Below are positions 1-9,575 of a stretch of DNA of 32,000 nucleotides, piece by piece. Both the position numbers and the translations under genes were made by a program. Positions within the stretch are counted from its first letter, which is position 1. Each line of letters starts with the position of its first letter. A model generated the notes under the pieces. It was not told the origin of the DNA. It searched no databases and worked only from the letters and a program-made list of their open reading frames with translations. Location of the stretch: contig CAYTOA010000004.1 of the NCBI GenBank assembly GCA_964439265.1, positions 49,262 to 81,261 of the forward strand, in the 5' to 3' direction. Origin of the DNA: an uncultured Chitinophagaceae bacterium. GTDB taxonomy: Bacteria; Bacteroidota; Ignavibacteria; UBA10030; UBA8401.

Positions 1-2
1 TT

Positions 3-311
3 GGAACAATTATCAGCCGCGAGTACAGCGGAGGAGAATTAGGTTTCAGCACGGTAACAGAGGTCAGGGTAACGCCCGACCTTAAACTCGCCAAGATCTA
101 TGTGAGTATTCTTGGCGCCCCTCCGGTGAGGGAAAAAACCTTGGCACGCCTCGAGAGCGAAAAATCGCACATCCGAGGGCTGCTTGCCTCGCAGGTCAGC
201 ATGAAGTTCATACCGGCGCTTCAGTTCTATCATGACAACACTATGGACCGGGTGGAAGCGCTGGAGAATTTGATCAAAAAGATCCATGAAAATGACGATA
301 AGCCTGAATGA
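3..311 (+). CDS. rbfA: Ribosome-binding factor A, 5'-truncated by the window edge
   Basis: Frame 3 reads open from base 3 to the TGA at 309-311: GTIISREYSGGELGFSTVTEVRVTPDLKLAKIYVSILG...FIPALQFYHDNTMDRVEALENLIKK. This is the typical RbfA core (V-T-x-V-x-V-[ST]-x-D-L-x-x-A-K-[IV]-Y-V-S). It sits immediately upstream of truB, as in the classical nusA-infB-rbfA-truB-rpsO-pnp arrangement. Confidence 0.85.
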   Translation, partial: GTIISREYSGGELGFSTVTEVRVTPDLKLAKIYVSILGAPPVREKTLARLESEKSHIRGLLASQVSMKFIPALQFYHDNTMDRVEALENLIKKIHENDDKPE

Positions 312-1026
312 GCCGGTCACGATGACATCGAATGTCCGAGCGCTTGATTTTGAAAGTGGCGAGGTTCTCCTTGTCGACAAACCGTTGAATTGGACATCGT
401 TCGACGTCGTGCACCGCGTGAGGGATCTCTTTCACGTAAAGAAAGTGGGACATGCCGGAACGCTCGACCCGCTGGCAACGGGCTTGCTCATTCTCTGCAC
501 AGGGAAGAAGACCAAGGAGATCGATACCTATACTGGTCAGGAAAAGGAGTACGAAGGAATTATGCAGCTAGGCGCCACAACCGCAAGCTTCGATTCTGAG
601 ACTCCAGAGCAGGATCAAAAGGACTATCTACGGGTCGACGAGGAACATGTGCTCACCGTTTTTTCCAGTTTCGTGGGAAGGCAGTTCCAGATTCCACCGA
701 TGTATTCCGCGGTAAAATACGGCGGCAAACCGCTGTATAAATACGCCCGAAAGGGGCGCTCGCTGGTGCGGCAGCCGAGAGAAATCAGCATTTCCGAATT
801 TACATTGATAAAGATGGAACTGCCGCTTCTGCATTTCCGCGTGATCTGTTCGAAAGGGACGTACATCCGCTCGATCGTCGATGAATGCGGAAAAAAATTG
901 CTGTGCGGCGCTTATTTGAAGCAACTCCGGCGTACCCGCATCGGCACGCTGTCGCTGCAGCAGGCGCTGCATATCGAAGATTTGTACTCTCTCAGAGACC
1001 GTTGCACTTCGATGAGCGCTGTCTAG
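286..1026 (+). CDS. truB: tRNA pseudouridine(55) synthase TruB
   Basis: 246-aa ORF containing LLVDKPLNWTSFDVVHRVRDLFHVKKVGHAGTLDPLATGLLILCTGKKTKEI, the TruB catalytic motif with the Asp in GTLDP. The start is uncertain: ATG 286 overlaps rbfA by 26 nt, and in-frame ATGs at 292 and 322 are alternatives. Confidence 0.93.
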   Translation: MKMTISLNEPVTMTSNVRALDFESGEVLLVDKPLNWTSFDVVHRVRDLFHVKKVGHAGTLDPLATGLLILCTGKKTKEIDTYTGQEKEYEGIMQLGATTASFDSETPEQDQKDYLRVDEEHVLTVFSSFVGRQFQIPPMYSAVKYGGKPLYKYARKGRSLVRQPREISISEFTLIKMELPLLHFRVICSKGTYIRSIVDECGKKLLCGAYLKQLRRTRIGTLSLQQALHIEDLYSLRDRCTSMSAV

Positions 1027-1030
1027 TATC

Positions 1031-1993
1031 ATGAAAATTGTTCAATCGGCTTCGGAACTCACGCGCAATAAAGATTCCGTTATTTCGATCGGAACCTTTG
1101 ACGGCGTTCACCTCGCTCACCAGAAGATTATTCGCGAGGTGATCCTGAGAGCGAAAGAACGCAACGGACAAAGCGTTATTGTCACCTTCGATCCGCATCC
1201 AAAGGAAGTTGTTGGGAATAAGAAGATCGATAACGATTCGGACCATCTGAACCAGATCGGCCTGCTGACGACCCACAAGGAAAAGATTGAGTTGTTGTCG
1301 AGTTTGGGAGTCGATCTGACATTTGTAGTTCCTTTCACGTATGAGTTTTCGCGAAAACCCTTCCGCGAGTTTTACATAGACTATATCGTGAACGGCATCG
1401 GCGTGAGCGAGGTCATCGAAGGATACGACCACGGATTCGGGAGAGACAGGGAAGCCGGACTGGCTCAACTGCTCGCCTTAGGTCGTGAGTTCGGCTTTTC
1501 AGTAGTTGCCGAAAAGCAATTCTTCGCGGACGGCGAACTTGTCAGCAGTTCGCGTATACGTGCGCTCCTGCGGGAAGGGGATGTTGTCAAAGCGAACGGT
1601 CTGCTCGGAAGGCGTTTCAGTTTTTCAGGCGCAGTGATCGCGGGAGACGGCCGCGGCAAGACGCTCGGATTTCCAACGGCGAACATTGCCGTGAACGACA
1701 AGCGGAAGATTCTCCCCGGAAACGGAGTGTACGCGGTGAAGGTGTTTGTTGACGGCGCGCCGCATACTGGACTCATGAGCATCGGCGTTCTGCCGACATT
1801 CTACGATCATCATGCACCAGTGTGCGAAGTGTATCTCTATGATTTCGACGATGATATTTATGGACGGTCCGTCACCGTAGAGTGTATCCAGAGGATTCGC
1901 GGGGAGAAGAAATTCGGATCGGCGGAAGAACTGGTCAAAGAAATGAATAATGATAAACGGATAGGCAAAAATATTTTTGAGAATGTTCAATAG
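1031..1993 (+). CDS. ribF: Bifunctional riboflavin kinase / FMN adenylyltransferase
   Basis: 320-aa ORF. The N-terminal part has the FAD synthetase motif (ISIGTFDGVHLAHQKII, VTFDPHP). The C-terminal part has riboflavin kinase motifs (GRGKTLGFPTANI, YAVKV, GVLPTF, EVYLYDFDDDIYG). Confidence 0.95.
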   Translation: MKIVQSASELTRNKDSVISIGTFDGVHLAHQKIIREVILRAKERNGQSVIVTFDPHPKEVVGNKKIDNDSDHLNQIGLLTTHKEKIELLSSLGVDLTFVVPFTYEFSRKPFREFYIDYIVNGIGVSEVIEGYDHGFGRDREAGLAQLLALGREFGFSVVAEKQFFADGELVSSSRIRALLREGDVVKANGLLGRRFSFSGAVIAGDGRGKTLGFPTANIAVNDKRKILPGNGVYAVKVFVDGAPHTGLMSIGVLPTFYDHHAPVCEVYLYDFDDDIYGRSVTVECIQRIRGEKKFGSAEELVKEMNNDKRIGKNIFENVQ

Positions 1994-2024
1994 TATACCA
2001 CACAATTATTTCTAAGGAGTGTTC

Positions 2025-2294
2025 ATGTCAATTTCAAAAGCTCAAAAAGCAGACTTCATCAAGAAATACGGCAAATCTGCGACGGATTCCGGGACTCCGG
2101 AAGTCCAAATCGCCATTCTTACGGCGAACATCAACGCGCTTTCGTCGCACTTTGATACACACAAAAAGGACAATCACTCACGGGTCGGCCTGCTGCGGAT
2201 GGTGGGAAAACGCCGCCGCCTTCTCGACTATCTGATGGAAAAAAATATCGACCGTTACCGCAAGATCATCCAGGAACTGGAAATCCGGAAGTAA
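2025..2294 (+). CDS. rpsO: 30S ribosomal protein S15
   Basis: 89 aa from ATG 2025 ([68 protein letters not shown]). AGGAG lies at 2015-2019, 5 nt upstream of this ATG. The track's 2019 start is an upstream in-frame GTG inside that RBS. Confidence 0.95.
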   Translation: MSISKAQKADFIKKYGKSATDSGTPEVQIAILTANINALSSHFDTHKKDNHSRVGLLRMVGKRRRLLDYLMEKNIDRYRKIIQELEIRK

Positions 2295-2363
2295 CGCGTA
2301 AGTGCAGGAGACGCGCTGAACTAATTCAGCAGTCAATCGATTCAAATAAGGCGAAGAACAGTC

Positions 2364-4475
2364 ATGGTAGTCAAAAAAGAAATTCAAATAGGAAACAAAA
2401 CGCTGTCGCTCGAAACCGGCAGGTTTGCAAAACAGGCGGACGGAGCCGTGATGGCACGGTATGCCGATACAATGGTCCTCGCGACAGTGGTTGCACATAA
2501 AGAATCCGAGGATGATCTGGACTATTTTCCCCTTCAAGTAGAATACCGCGAAAAAATGTCCTCGGCGGGAAAAATTCCGGGTGGGTTTTTGAAACGTGAG
2601 GGAAGACCCTCCGATAAAGAGATTCTCTCGGCGCGTCTTATCGATCGGCCGATCCGGCCGATGTTTCCCGAAGGCTACCATAACGAAACGCAAATTATCG
2701 TAAACGTCTTCTCATCGGACCAGCAAAACGATGCCGACGTGCTCGGCGCCTGCGCGGCCTCCGCCGCGCTGATGATCTCGGATTCGCCGTTTGACGGCCC
2801 CATTGCAGAAGTGCGGATCGGGCGCGTCAACGGAGAATTGCTGATCAACCCGACCTTCGACGAACTCGAAGCAAGCGACATGGACGTTACGGTTGCGGGT
2901 ACTGACGATTCGATCGTCATGGTTGAAGGAGAATCGCGCGAAATCAGTGAATCCGACATCCTCGCGGCCCTCAAGTTTGCCCATGAGTCGATAAAGAAAA
3001 TTTGCGCTCTGCAAAGAGAACTTGCGGCTGAGATCAAAATGCAGAAGCGGCCCGTCGTGCTTTCTGAAATCAACCCGGATTTGCTGGCCGCCGTCAAAAC
3101 AATTGCGGCGGAAAAGATACGCACGACCGTAAACACCGTGCTAGCAAAAGATGACCGCTCGAAGGCAAACGCTGCCATCGCCGAAGAAGTTAAAACTGCT
3201 CTCAATGAGAAATTCCCGGAACAGGAGGATGCCATCAAGCAAATCCTTCACGACATAGAGAAAGTTGAGATGCGTGAAATGATTCTTGCGAAAAAGAAAC
3301 GTCTTGATGGACGCGGGTTAGCAGATATCCGGCCTATCGCCATCGAGCTCGGGATTCTGCCCCGGGCGCACGGTTCAGCTCTCTTTACTCGCGGAGAGAC
3401 GCAATCGCTGACGACCGTTACACTCGGTACGAAACTCGACGAACAGATGGTCGACGGTTTGCTCCCGAAAACAACGCGACGATTCATGCTGCATTACAAC
3501 TTTCCGCCGTTCAGCGTCGGCGAAACAGGAAGGCTTGCAACAGGCAGGCGTGAAGTCGGACACGGCAACCTTGCCGAACGAGCGTTGAAGAACATCCTCC
3601 CTGATGGGAAGGATTTCCCTTACACAGTTCGTATCGTCTCCGATATCCTGGAATCGAACGGATCTTCGTCGATGGCGACAGTCTGTGCCGGATCGCTCGC
3701 CCTGTTTGACGGAGGAGTACCGTTGAAGAAATCGGTCGCCGGAATCGCGATGGGCTTGGTAAAGGAAGGGGACCGCGTCGCGATCCTGAGTGATATTCTG
3801 GGGAACGAAGATCATCTCGGCGATATGGATTTCAAGGTCGCGGGAACGAGGGACGGTATCACCGCCTTTCAGATGGATATCAAGATCAAAGGAATTTCTT
3901 TTGAAATCATCGAAAAGGCAGTTCAGCAGGCAAAGGACGGAAGGATCCACAAACTCGCGATCATGGACGCAGCGATCTCGGCACCTCGCGGAGATCTGAG
4001 CCAGTACGCGCCTCGGTTAACAACGCTTAAGATCCCCGTCGATATGATCGGAGCGGTCATCGGTCCCGGCGGCAAGAACATCAGGAACATCGTGGCTGAG
4101 TCCGGTGCAGAAGTCAATATCGAAGATGACGGAACTATCGTCATTGCCGCGACCTCAAAAGAAGCGAGTGAAAAAGCCCGCGCAATGATCGGACGCATTA
4201 CAGAAGTGCCTGAAGTCGGCAAAACGTATAAAGCGACGGTGAAGAAGATCATGGATTTTGGCGCCTTCGTTGAGATCCTTCCCGGAAAAGAAGGCTTGGT
4301 CCACGTATCCCAGCTTGACGTAAAGAGAATCGAGAAGGTCGCCGATTTCGTCAAAGTAGGCGACGTCTTCGATGTAAAGCTTCTTGAGATAGACGACAAG
4401 GGACGGCTCAACCTTAGCCGGAAGGCGGTCATGCTCGCCGAAAAGAAAAAAGAAGAAGTTCCACAAAGCAATTGA
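2364..4475 (+). CDS. pnp: Polyribonucleotide nucleotidyltransferase (PNPase)
   Basis: 703-aa ORF with two RNase PH-like domains ([11 protein letters not shown]..., [14 protein letters not shown]), a KH domain ([12 protein letters not shown]) and an S1 domain ([33 protein letters not shown]). It follows rpsO in the conserved order. Confidence 0.98.
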   Translation: MVVKKEIQIGNKTLSLETGRFAKQADGAVMARYADTMVLATVVAHKESEDDLDYFPLQVEYREKMSSAGKIPGGFLKREGRPSDKEILSARLIDRPIRPMFPEGYHNETQIIVNVFSSDQQNDADVLGACAASAALMISDSPFDGPIAEVRIGRVNGELLINPTFDELEASDMDVTVAGTDDSIVMVEGESREISESDILAALKFAHESIKKICALQRELAAEIKMQKRPVVLSEINPDLLAAVKTIAAEKIRTTVNTVLAKDDRSKANAAIAEEVKTALNEKFPEQEDAIKQILHDIEKVEMREMILAKKKRLDGRGLADIRPIAIELGILPRAHGSALFTRGETQSLTTVTLGTKLDEQMVDGLLPKTTRRFMLHYNFPPFSVGETGRLATGRREVGHGNLAERALKNILPDGKDFPYTVRIVSDILESNGSSSMATVCAGSLALFDGGVPLKKSVAGIAMGLVKEGDRVAILSDILGNEDHLGDMDFKVAGTRDGITAFQMDIKIKGISFEIIEKAVQQAKDGRIHKLAIMDAAISAPRGDLSQYAPRLTTLKIPVDMIGAVIGPGGKNIRNIVAESGAEVNIEDDGTIVIAATSKEASEKARAMIGRITEVPEVGKTYKATVKKIMDFGAFVEILPGKEGLVHVSQLDVKRIEKVADFVKVGDVFDVKLLEIDDKGRLNLSRKAVMLAEKKKEEVPQSN

Positions 4476-4528
4476 GCATCCGGTGGAACAAGTCAGCCCA
4501 TTGGCGATAACCGGGACGGTCTCTTTGC

Positions 4529-5812
4529 ATGGATAAGATACTCCATCAGGCACAACATCTGCGCGGCGAAATCACTGTCCCCGGTGACAAGTCGATTTCG
4601 CACCGCGCTGTGATGATCGGATCTCTCTCGGAAGGAATTACGGAGGTAGTCGGATTTCTGAATGCGGCGGACCCCAGAAGCACGCTTGAGTGCATTAACG
4701 CCCTTGGCATCGAAACATCGTTGACACCGGATACTCTCCGCATCTCCGGAAAAGGGCTCCATGGTTATCGCGAACCCAAAGCGCTTCTTGACGCAGGAAA
4801 TTCCGGGACAACGATCCGCCTCTTAACGGGAATCTTAGCAGGTCAGAAGTTTCGCAGCACAATTTCGGGCGACCAGTATCTGGTGCGAAGGCCGATGAAA
4901 CGAATCATTGACCCGCTCACAGAAATGGGAGCTCACGTTGTCGGAACCGATAAACTTACCGCCCCGTTAAAAATATTTCCTTCCGAAAAGCTGCATGGAA
5001 TTACCTACGAACTTCCAATTCCCAGCGCACAAGTCAAATCCGCAATTCTTTTCGCGGGCCTGTTCGCAGAAGGAACGACCACTGTAGTAGAGTTGCAGGG
5101 ATCCCGCGACCACACCGAGCGAATGCTCGGACTGACCCAGACACGAACCGATTCGCTGATCAACGTGGCCGTGGTCGGCGGAACAAGAATACCCTCAAAA
5201 CAATTTTATATCCCCGGTGATCCCTCCTCGGCGGCTTTTTTTATTGTCGCAGGACTCATCGCACATGATGCCGAGATCATGATAAAGAACGTAGGCATCA
5301 ATCCTACACGAACCGGCTTCCTCGATGTCCTCCATTCGATGGGGGGAAATATCGCAATAGAGAACGAACGGTTGATCGGCGGCGAACCGATCGGCGATCT
5401 CGTTGTCAAAAGCTCTGCACTTCGTTCGAACGTCATCCTTGAGGGGGAGATCATTCCTAATATTATTGATGAGATCCCGATTCTTGCAGTCGCGGCTGCT
5501 TTCGCAGAAGGAACGTTTCAGGTTCGCGGCGCGTATGAATTGCGCAACAAGGAGAGTGACCGCATCGGGGCTGTCTGTGAGAACCTTTCACTCATGGGGA
5601 TCGACGTTGAAGAACTTGAAGACGGATTTGCGTTTAACTCAAAAAGTGTCTTAATTCCTACAAGTTTCGACAGTTTTGGAGATCACCGCATCGCTATGGC
5701 ATTCGGAGTCGCGGCGGTCAACCTCCAGGGGGAATCGACGGTAAAAGACTCCGGCTGCGTTGACATTTCATTCCCTGCATTCTGGGATACGCTACACACG
5801 CTGGCAAACTAG
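4529..5812 (+). CDS. aroA: 3-phosphoshikimate 1-carboxyvinyltransferase (EPSP synthase)
   Basis: 427-aa ORF with PGDKSISHRAVMIGSL, LDAGNSGTTIRLLTGILAG, LVRRPMKRIIDPL, ELRNKESDRI and GDHRIAMAF, which are characteristic EPSP synthase motifs. Confidence 0.95.
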   Translation: MDKILHQAQHLRGEITVPGDKSISHRAVMIGSLSEGITEVVGFLNAADPRSTLECINALGIETSLTPDTLRISGKGLHGYREPKALLDAGNSGTTIRLLTGILAGQKFRSTISGDQYLVRRPMKRIIDPLTEMGAHVVGTDKLTAPLKIFPSEKLHGITYELPIPSAQVKSAILFAGLFAEGTTTVVELQGSRDHTERMLGLTQTRTDSLINVAVVGGTRIPSKQFYIPGDPSSAAFFIVAGLIAHDAEIMIKNVGINPTRTGFLDVLHSMGGNIAIENERLIGGEPIGDLVVKSSALRSNVILEGEIIPNIIDEIPILAVAAAFAEGTFQVRGAYELRNKESDRIGAVCENLSLMGIDVEELEDGFAFNSKSVLIPTSFDSFGDHRIAMAFGVAAVNLQGESTVKDSGCVDISFPAFWDTLHTLAN

Positions 5813-5823
5813 ACGAGGTTCCC

Positions 5824-6927
5824 GTGGCAAGTGTAAAACTGGAAAACATTCGGAAAGAATACGAAGGTGGCGTGGTGGCCGTGAAGGACGTTAATATCGA
5901 CATCGCCGACAAGGAGTTCGTCGTGCTCGTCGGCCCGTCCGGCTGCGGAAAATCCACAACACTCCGGATGATCGCAGGGCTTGAAGATATCAGCAGCGGG
6001 ACAATTTCCATCGACGGCTCGATCGTCAATGATGTGCCGCCGAAGGACAGAGATATCGCAATGGTGTTTCAAAATTATGCCTTGTATCCTCATATGACGG
6101 TGTACGAGAACATGGCGTTCGGACTAAAACTCAGAAAGTATCCGAAGGCAGAGATCGAAAGCCGCGTTCGAGAAGCGGCGCAGATTCTCGGCATCGAAGA
6201 ATACCTTGACCGAAAGCCGAAGGCACTATCGGGAGGGCAGCGACAGCGGGTGGCGGTGGGAAGAGCGATAGTGCGCAAGCCGAAGGTATTTCTGTTCGAT
6301 GAACCTTTGAGCAACCTCGACGCGAAACTGCGGGTACAAATGCGGACCGAGATCTCAAAGCTGCACCACAGCCTTCAGGCAACGATGGTTTACGTGACCC
6401 ATGACCAGACTGAGGCCATGACGATGGGGGATAGGATAGTCGTAATGAAAGACGGAATCGTGCAGCAAACAAACACTCCGCTCAACCTCTATCACGATCC
6501 TCTCAACAAGTTCGTCGCAGGATTCATCGGCAGCCCGGCAATGAATTTCCTGGAAGGCACAATCAGGAAGAAAGCAGGACTCGTCTTCATAGAGGATACG
6601 ACGGGCGTCTCGCTCAAGCTGCCGAAAGAGTATCAAGCCAAACTAAAGCCGTATATTGGAAAAGGAATCTGGCTGGGAATCAGGCCAGAGCATATTGCTG
6701 ACGGGAAAAAAGCTGTCGGCACCAAATACGCACGCTGCAGGGCAAAGATCGAGGTCGTAGAACCGATGGGAAACGAGATTTTCGTCTATTTTACTACGGG
6801 CAGCGGGAAGCAATACGTATCACGCATCATCGCGACCGAAGAACCAAAAGCAGGGAAAGAAATGGACCTCGCATTCAACATGGCGAAGGCGCATTTCTTC
6901 AACAAAGAGACCGAAAAAGTAATCTGA
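5824..6927 (+). CDS. Carbohydrate-type ABC transporter ATP-binding protein (MalK/UgpC/MsmX family)
   Basis: 367-aa ORF with a GTG start. It has Walker A (GPSGCGKST), Q-loop, signature (LSGGQRQRVAVGRA), Walker B (FLFDEPLSNLD) and H-loop (VYVTHDQ). The C-terminal TOBE-like regulatory domain is typical of MalK-like ATPases. No permease or binding-protein gene is adjacent. Confidence 0.9.
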   Translation: MASVKLENIRKEYEGGVVAVKDVNIDIADKEFVVLVGPSGCGKSTTLRMIAGLEDISSGTISIDGSIVNDVPPKDRDIAMVFQNYALYPHMTVYENMAFGLKLRKYPKAEIESRVREAAQILGIEEYLDRKPKALSGGQRQRVAVGRAIVRKPKVFLFDEPLSNLDAKLRVQMRTEISKLHHSLQATMVYVTHDQTEAMTMGDRIVVMKDGIVQQTNTPLNLYHDPLNKFVAGFIGSPAMNFLEGTIRKKAGLVFIEDTTGVSLKLPKEYQAKLKPYIGKGIWLGIRPEHIADGKKAVGTKYARCRAKIEVVEPMGNEIFVYFTTGSGKQYVSRIIATEEPKAGKEMDLAFNMAKAHFFNKETEKVI

Positions 6928-6939
6928 CAGCCGCGAGGC

Positions 6940-8580
6940 TTAAAGGTCGATGAGTTGATGTTGGAACCGATCGATAACGATCTCGCCGCTCAGCCACTTT
7001 ACGAAATCCGGACCATACTTGTTCATGTAGTACACCACATTGAATTCTCTTTCCTGGAAATTCGATTTCGGAAAGATATTTGCCGCCACTTTTTGAATTT
7101 GTTTTATCGTGACTTCCTGCCTGCGCTGCTGAGCCGACTGCGTTTTCTCCTTCAACACATTTAATTGTGCATCGATGCGTGACAGGGTGGAGTCGATTGC
7201 TCCCGAGAGGGTCGGGTCGATCTGTTGGATACCGAAACGAGACTCGGCGACGGCTTCATGAAATAGAGTGTGAAGCTGCTCGAACAATGCATCAACTTTT
7301 ACTTCTGAAACCTGTTCTGCTATCCGCACCAAAAGCGGGTCCAGGTCCGACCATATTTCCGTGAAACCCACCTGAAACTTCTCGAGAATATTTTTCACCT
7401 TTTCCTCCAATATCGTAACGCTAGCGCGCGGATAGATAACGGGCATCTGAACGCCAAACGACTCATAGACCGGTTTCAATTGCGCGAAATACGCCACTTC
7501 CGACGGTCCGCCAACATATGCGATAGTAGGCAGGATCGCATCCTGGCATATCGGCCTAAGAACAACGTTTGGAGAAATCACTTCAGGTGAATTCTCTACA
7601 AGAGTACTTAGCTCTTCCTTCGAGAAGAATTGTCTCGTTCCCTTCAGACTGTAGTCGTTCTCCCTCGGCTCAATGAGGTAGCGCCCTCCTTTGTGAAGCA
7701 TGAAGAGATTGATCGATTTTGCTTTAATCTGAGCATGATAATGCTCTTCAAGTCCTGCACTTGTCTCAATGACAATCTGAGACGTCTTTGACATGCCGGC
7801 AATTTCTTTCTGAAAAATGGGCTTGAGGATATTCTTAAGTTCAGCGTAGCTTGGATTGAGGAACACTAGGCCAGAATCCTCAAACATCTGATTCATCAAC
7901 CCTACGAATGCGGGACCCAGTGCCGTGCCAGGGCGATAAAATCCTCTCAGCTCGTTAAACAACGCTGCCTTGAATTCCGATTCCTGAAGCTGCGATTGCA
8001 AGCGGTCAAAAAAGCCGTCAATGAATCCGTCGAGAACCATGCTCCCGACTGGCCCAGGGTTTCTTTCGAGAGGTTTCCCGCCGAACAGATATTCAATCGT
8101 CTGAAGATCTCCGCCCGGGTTGAGAACGTTAAGCTTATTGATCTCCTCAAAATCATGGTCTTCATTTTCAACCCAGAATACCGGAACAAAGTTATAGTCG
8201 GGATATTGCGCTGACAACTGTTCGGCGAGTTTAATCGCAGTCAAGGTCTTATAGATCGTGTACAGCGGACCGGAACAAATCCCGACTTGTTGGCCGGTAA
8301 CGATCGCAACAGTGTTCTCGTTTCCAAGCAGGTCGATATTTGCCAACGTCCTTATGCCGCAATGGTGCTGCTTGTTTTGCTCCGTGAGAACTCGAACAAG
8401 CGTTGAACGGTTTTTTTGTTTTGAAAGCACCTTGTCGATGAGTTTCTTCCAACTCTTGCGATCGCGGAAATCGGCCGCGTAGTAATCTTTCAGCTTCTCG
8501 AAATCATTCAGGTAATCTACAAACAGCGGGGTAATTCCAACTTCAAAATTCTGGATCTGTTTGTATTCAATCCAATCCAT
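6940..8580 (-). CDS. bshC: Bacillithiol biosynthesis cysteine-adding enzyme BshC (putative)
   Basis: About 546 aa from ATG 8580; the track start at 8592 is an upstream TTG. The N-terminal L-F-x-D-Y-L...F-x-x-L-x-x-Y-Y and the VTGQQVGICSGPLYTIYKTLTAIKLAEQL segment match my recollection of the BshC/YllA family hallmark (TGQQ..L..GPLYT..K). The length fits the family (~540 aa), as does the coiled-coil C-terminus. Confidence 0.8.
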   Translation of the reverse strand: MDWIEYKQIQNFEVGITPLFVDYLNDFEKLKDYYAADFRDRKSWKKLIDKVLSKQKNRSTLVRVLTEQNKQHHCGIRTLANIDLLGNENTVAIVTGQQVGICSGPLYTIYKTLTAIKLAEQLSAQYPDYNFVPVFWVENEDHDFEEINKLNVLNPGGDLQTIEYLFGGKPLERNPGPVGSMVLDGFIDGFFDRLQSQLQESEFKAALFNELRGFYRPGTALGPAFVGLMNQMFEDSGLVFLNPSYAELKNILKPIFQKEIAGMSKTSQIVIETSAGLEEHYHAQIKAKSINLFMLHKGGRYLIEPRENDYSLKGTRQFFSKEELSTLVENSPEVISPNVVLRPICQDAILPTIAYVGGPSEVAYFAQLKPVYESFGVQMPVIYPRASVTILEEKVKNILEKFQVGFTEIWSDLDPLLVRIAEQVSEVKVDALFEQLHTLFHEAVAESRFGIQQIDPTLSGAIDSTLSRIDAQLNVLKEKTQSAQQRRQEVTIKQIQKVAANIFPKSNFQEREFNVVYYMNKYGPDFVKWLSGEIVIDRFQHQLIDL

Positions 8581-8837
8581 TGATTCTCTCAAAAAGTGAA
8601 TGAAATAATGTCCAATATACGCGCTAAACTGATAAGAATCAATTTTGATGTTTGCAGCCGGGCGTGCACCAACGCAGCATAGGTACGGAATAAAAGTGGC
8701 GCCATGATCCCAGGTCCGAATGTAGAGTTATTTCACGATAACCTTCGTCAAGATACGAAGAGTCATGGCATCATTTGTCCATTGATCTCTCATCTACCGG
8801 TAATTGATTTTCGTCACGCCGTACGATATATTACGGT

Positions 8838-9548
8838 ATGAAATTACAGGGAAAGATAGCGTTGATCACGGGAGGAACGGGGGCGCTTGGAAAAGCGGTA
8901 ACGAAGCACTTTCTGGACGAAGGCGCGGATGTCGCTGTGACGTATAGGTCTGACAGGGAAGCTGACGAATTCCGTAAACTTTTTCCAGAAGTGAACTTGT
9001 TCATGGGCGACATATCCAAGGTTGAAGATGTTCATTTGATTTTTCAATCGATGGAAGAAAAAAAGGGGACAGTCGATATTCTGTGCAACCTCGTCGGCGG
9101 ATACATGTCTAAAAAGAACATCACCGAACTGACGGAGACCGAATGGGATTTTATGTTTTCGTTGAATTTGAAAACATGCTTTCTTTGCACCCAATGCGCC
9201 TTTCGCATTATGCAAAGGAAGAAATACGGGAGGATCGTTAACGTATCAGCGATGGCCGGACTCTCACCCACGGCGGGCCGCGGCGCGTACGGCATTTCCA
9301 AGTCTGCCATCGCCACGCTGACTCGCATTGCCGGTGAAGAAGCAAAGACTTTCTCTGATTCCAATATCACCGTCAATGCAATCGCACCGAGCATTCTGAT
9401 GACGGAATCCAATACACATGGAGCCTCGAATGAAGAAACACGTGGGTGGGTCACGCTCGAGCAAGCCGCCAGCGTTATCGGATTTCTTGCTTCCGATGAA
9501 GCGCCGGCAATCAACGGAGAGACGATCAAGGTTTACGGCGGCATCTAA
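8838..9548 (+). CDS. SDR-family oxidoreductase (FabG-like short-chain dehydrogenase/reductase)
   Basis: 236-aa ORF with the TGGTGALGKA Rossmann motif, N-L-V-G-G, and the catalytic S...YGISKSA (Y-x-x-x-K) motif. The substrate cannot be assigned from sequence alone. Confidence 0.85.
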   Translation: MKLQGKIALITGGTGALGKAVTKHFLDEGADVAVTYRSDREADEFRKLFPEVNLFMGDISKVEDVHLIFQSMEEKKGTVDILCNLVGGYMSKKNITELTETEWDFMFSLNLKTCFLCTQCAFRIMQRKKYGRIVNVSAMAGLSPTAGRGAYGISKSAIATLTRIAGEEAKTFSDSNITVNAIAPSILMTESNTHGASNEETRGWVTLEQAASVIGFLASDEAPAINGETIKVYGGI

Positions 9549-9575
9549 TTTCATTTTTACAAGGATGAAGATTGT

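Noticed and set aside
2019-2024. The upstream GTG start for rpsO (track ORF MFMSISK...), and the TTG start at 8592 for bshC (MRESMDW...).
   Set aside because: For rpsO, the GTG falls inside the AGGAG Shine-Dalgarno sequence that is correctly spaced for ATG 2025, and an 89-aa S15 is the canonical length. For bshC, an ATG four codons downstream (8580) gives the conserved N-terminus, so the rarer TTG is unnecessary.
2675-3950. Several long minus-strand ORFs (187, 100, 79 and 191 aa) inside pnp, and similar antisense ORFs inside purL, aroA, bshC, the sensor and the FliG-like gene (e.g. 24146-24637, 163 aa).
   Set aside because: All are antisense to genes with unambiguous family signatures. They have Ser/Arg/Pro-biased low-complexity composition and lack motifs. 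They are treated as non-coding shadow frames.
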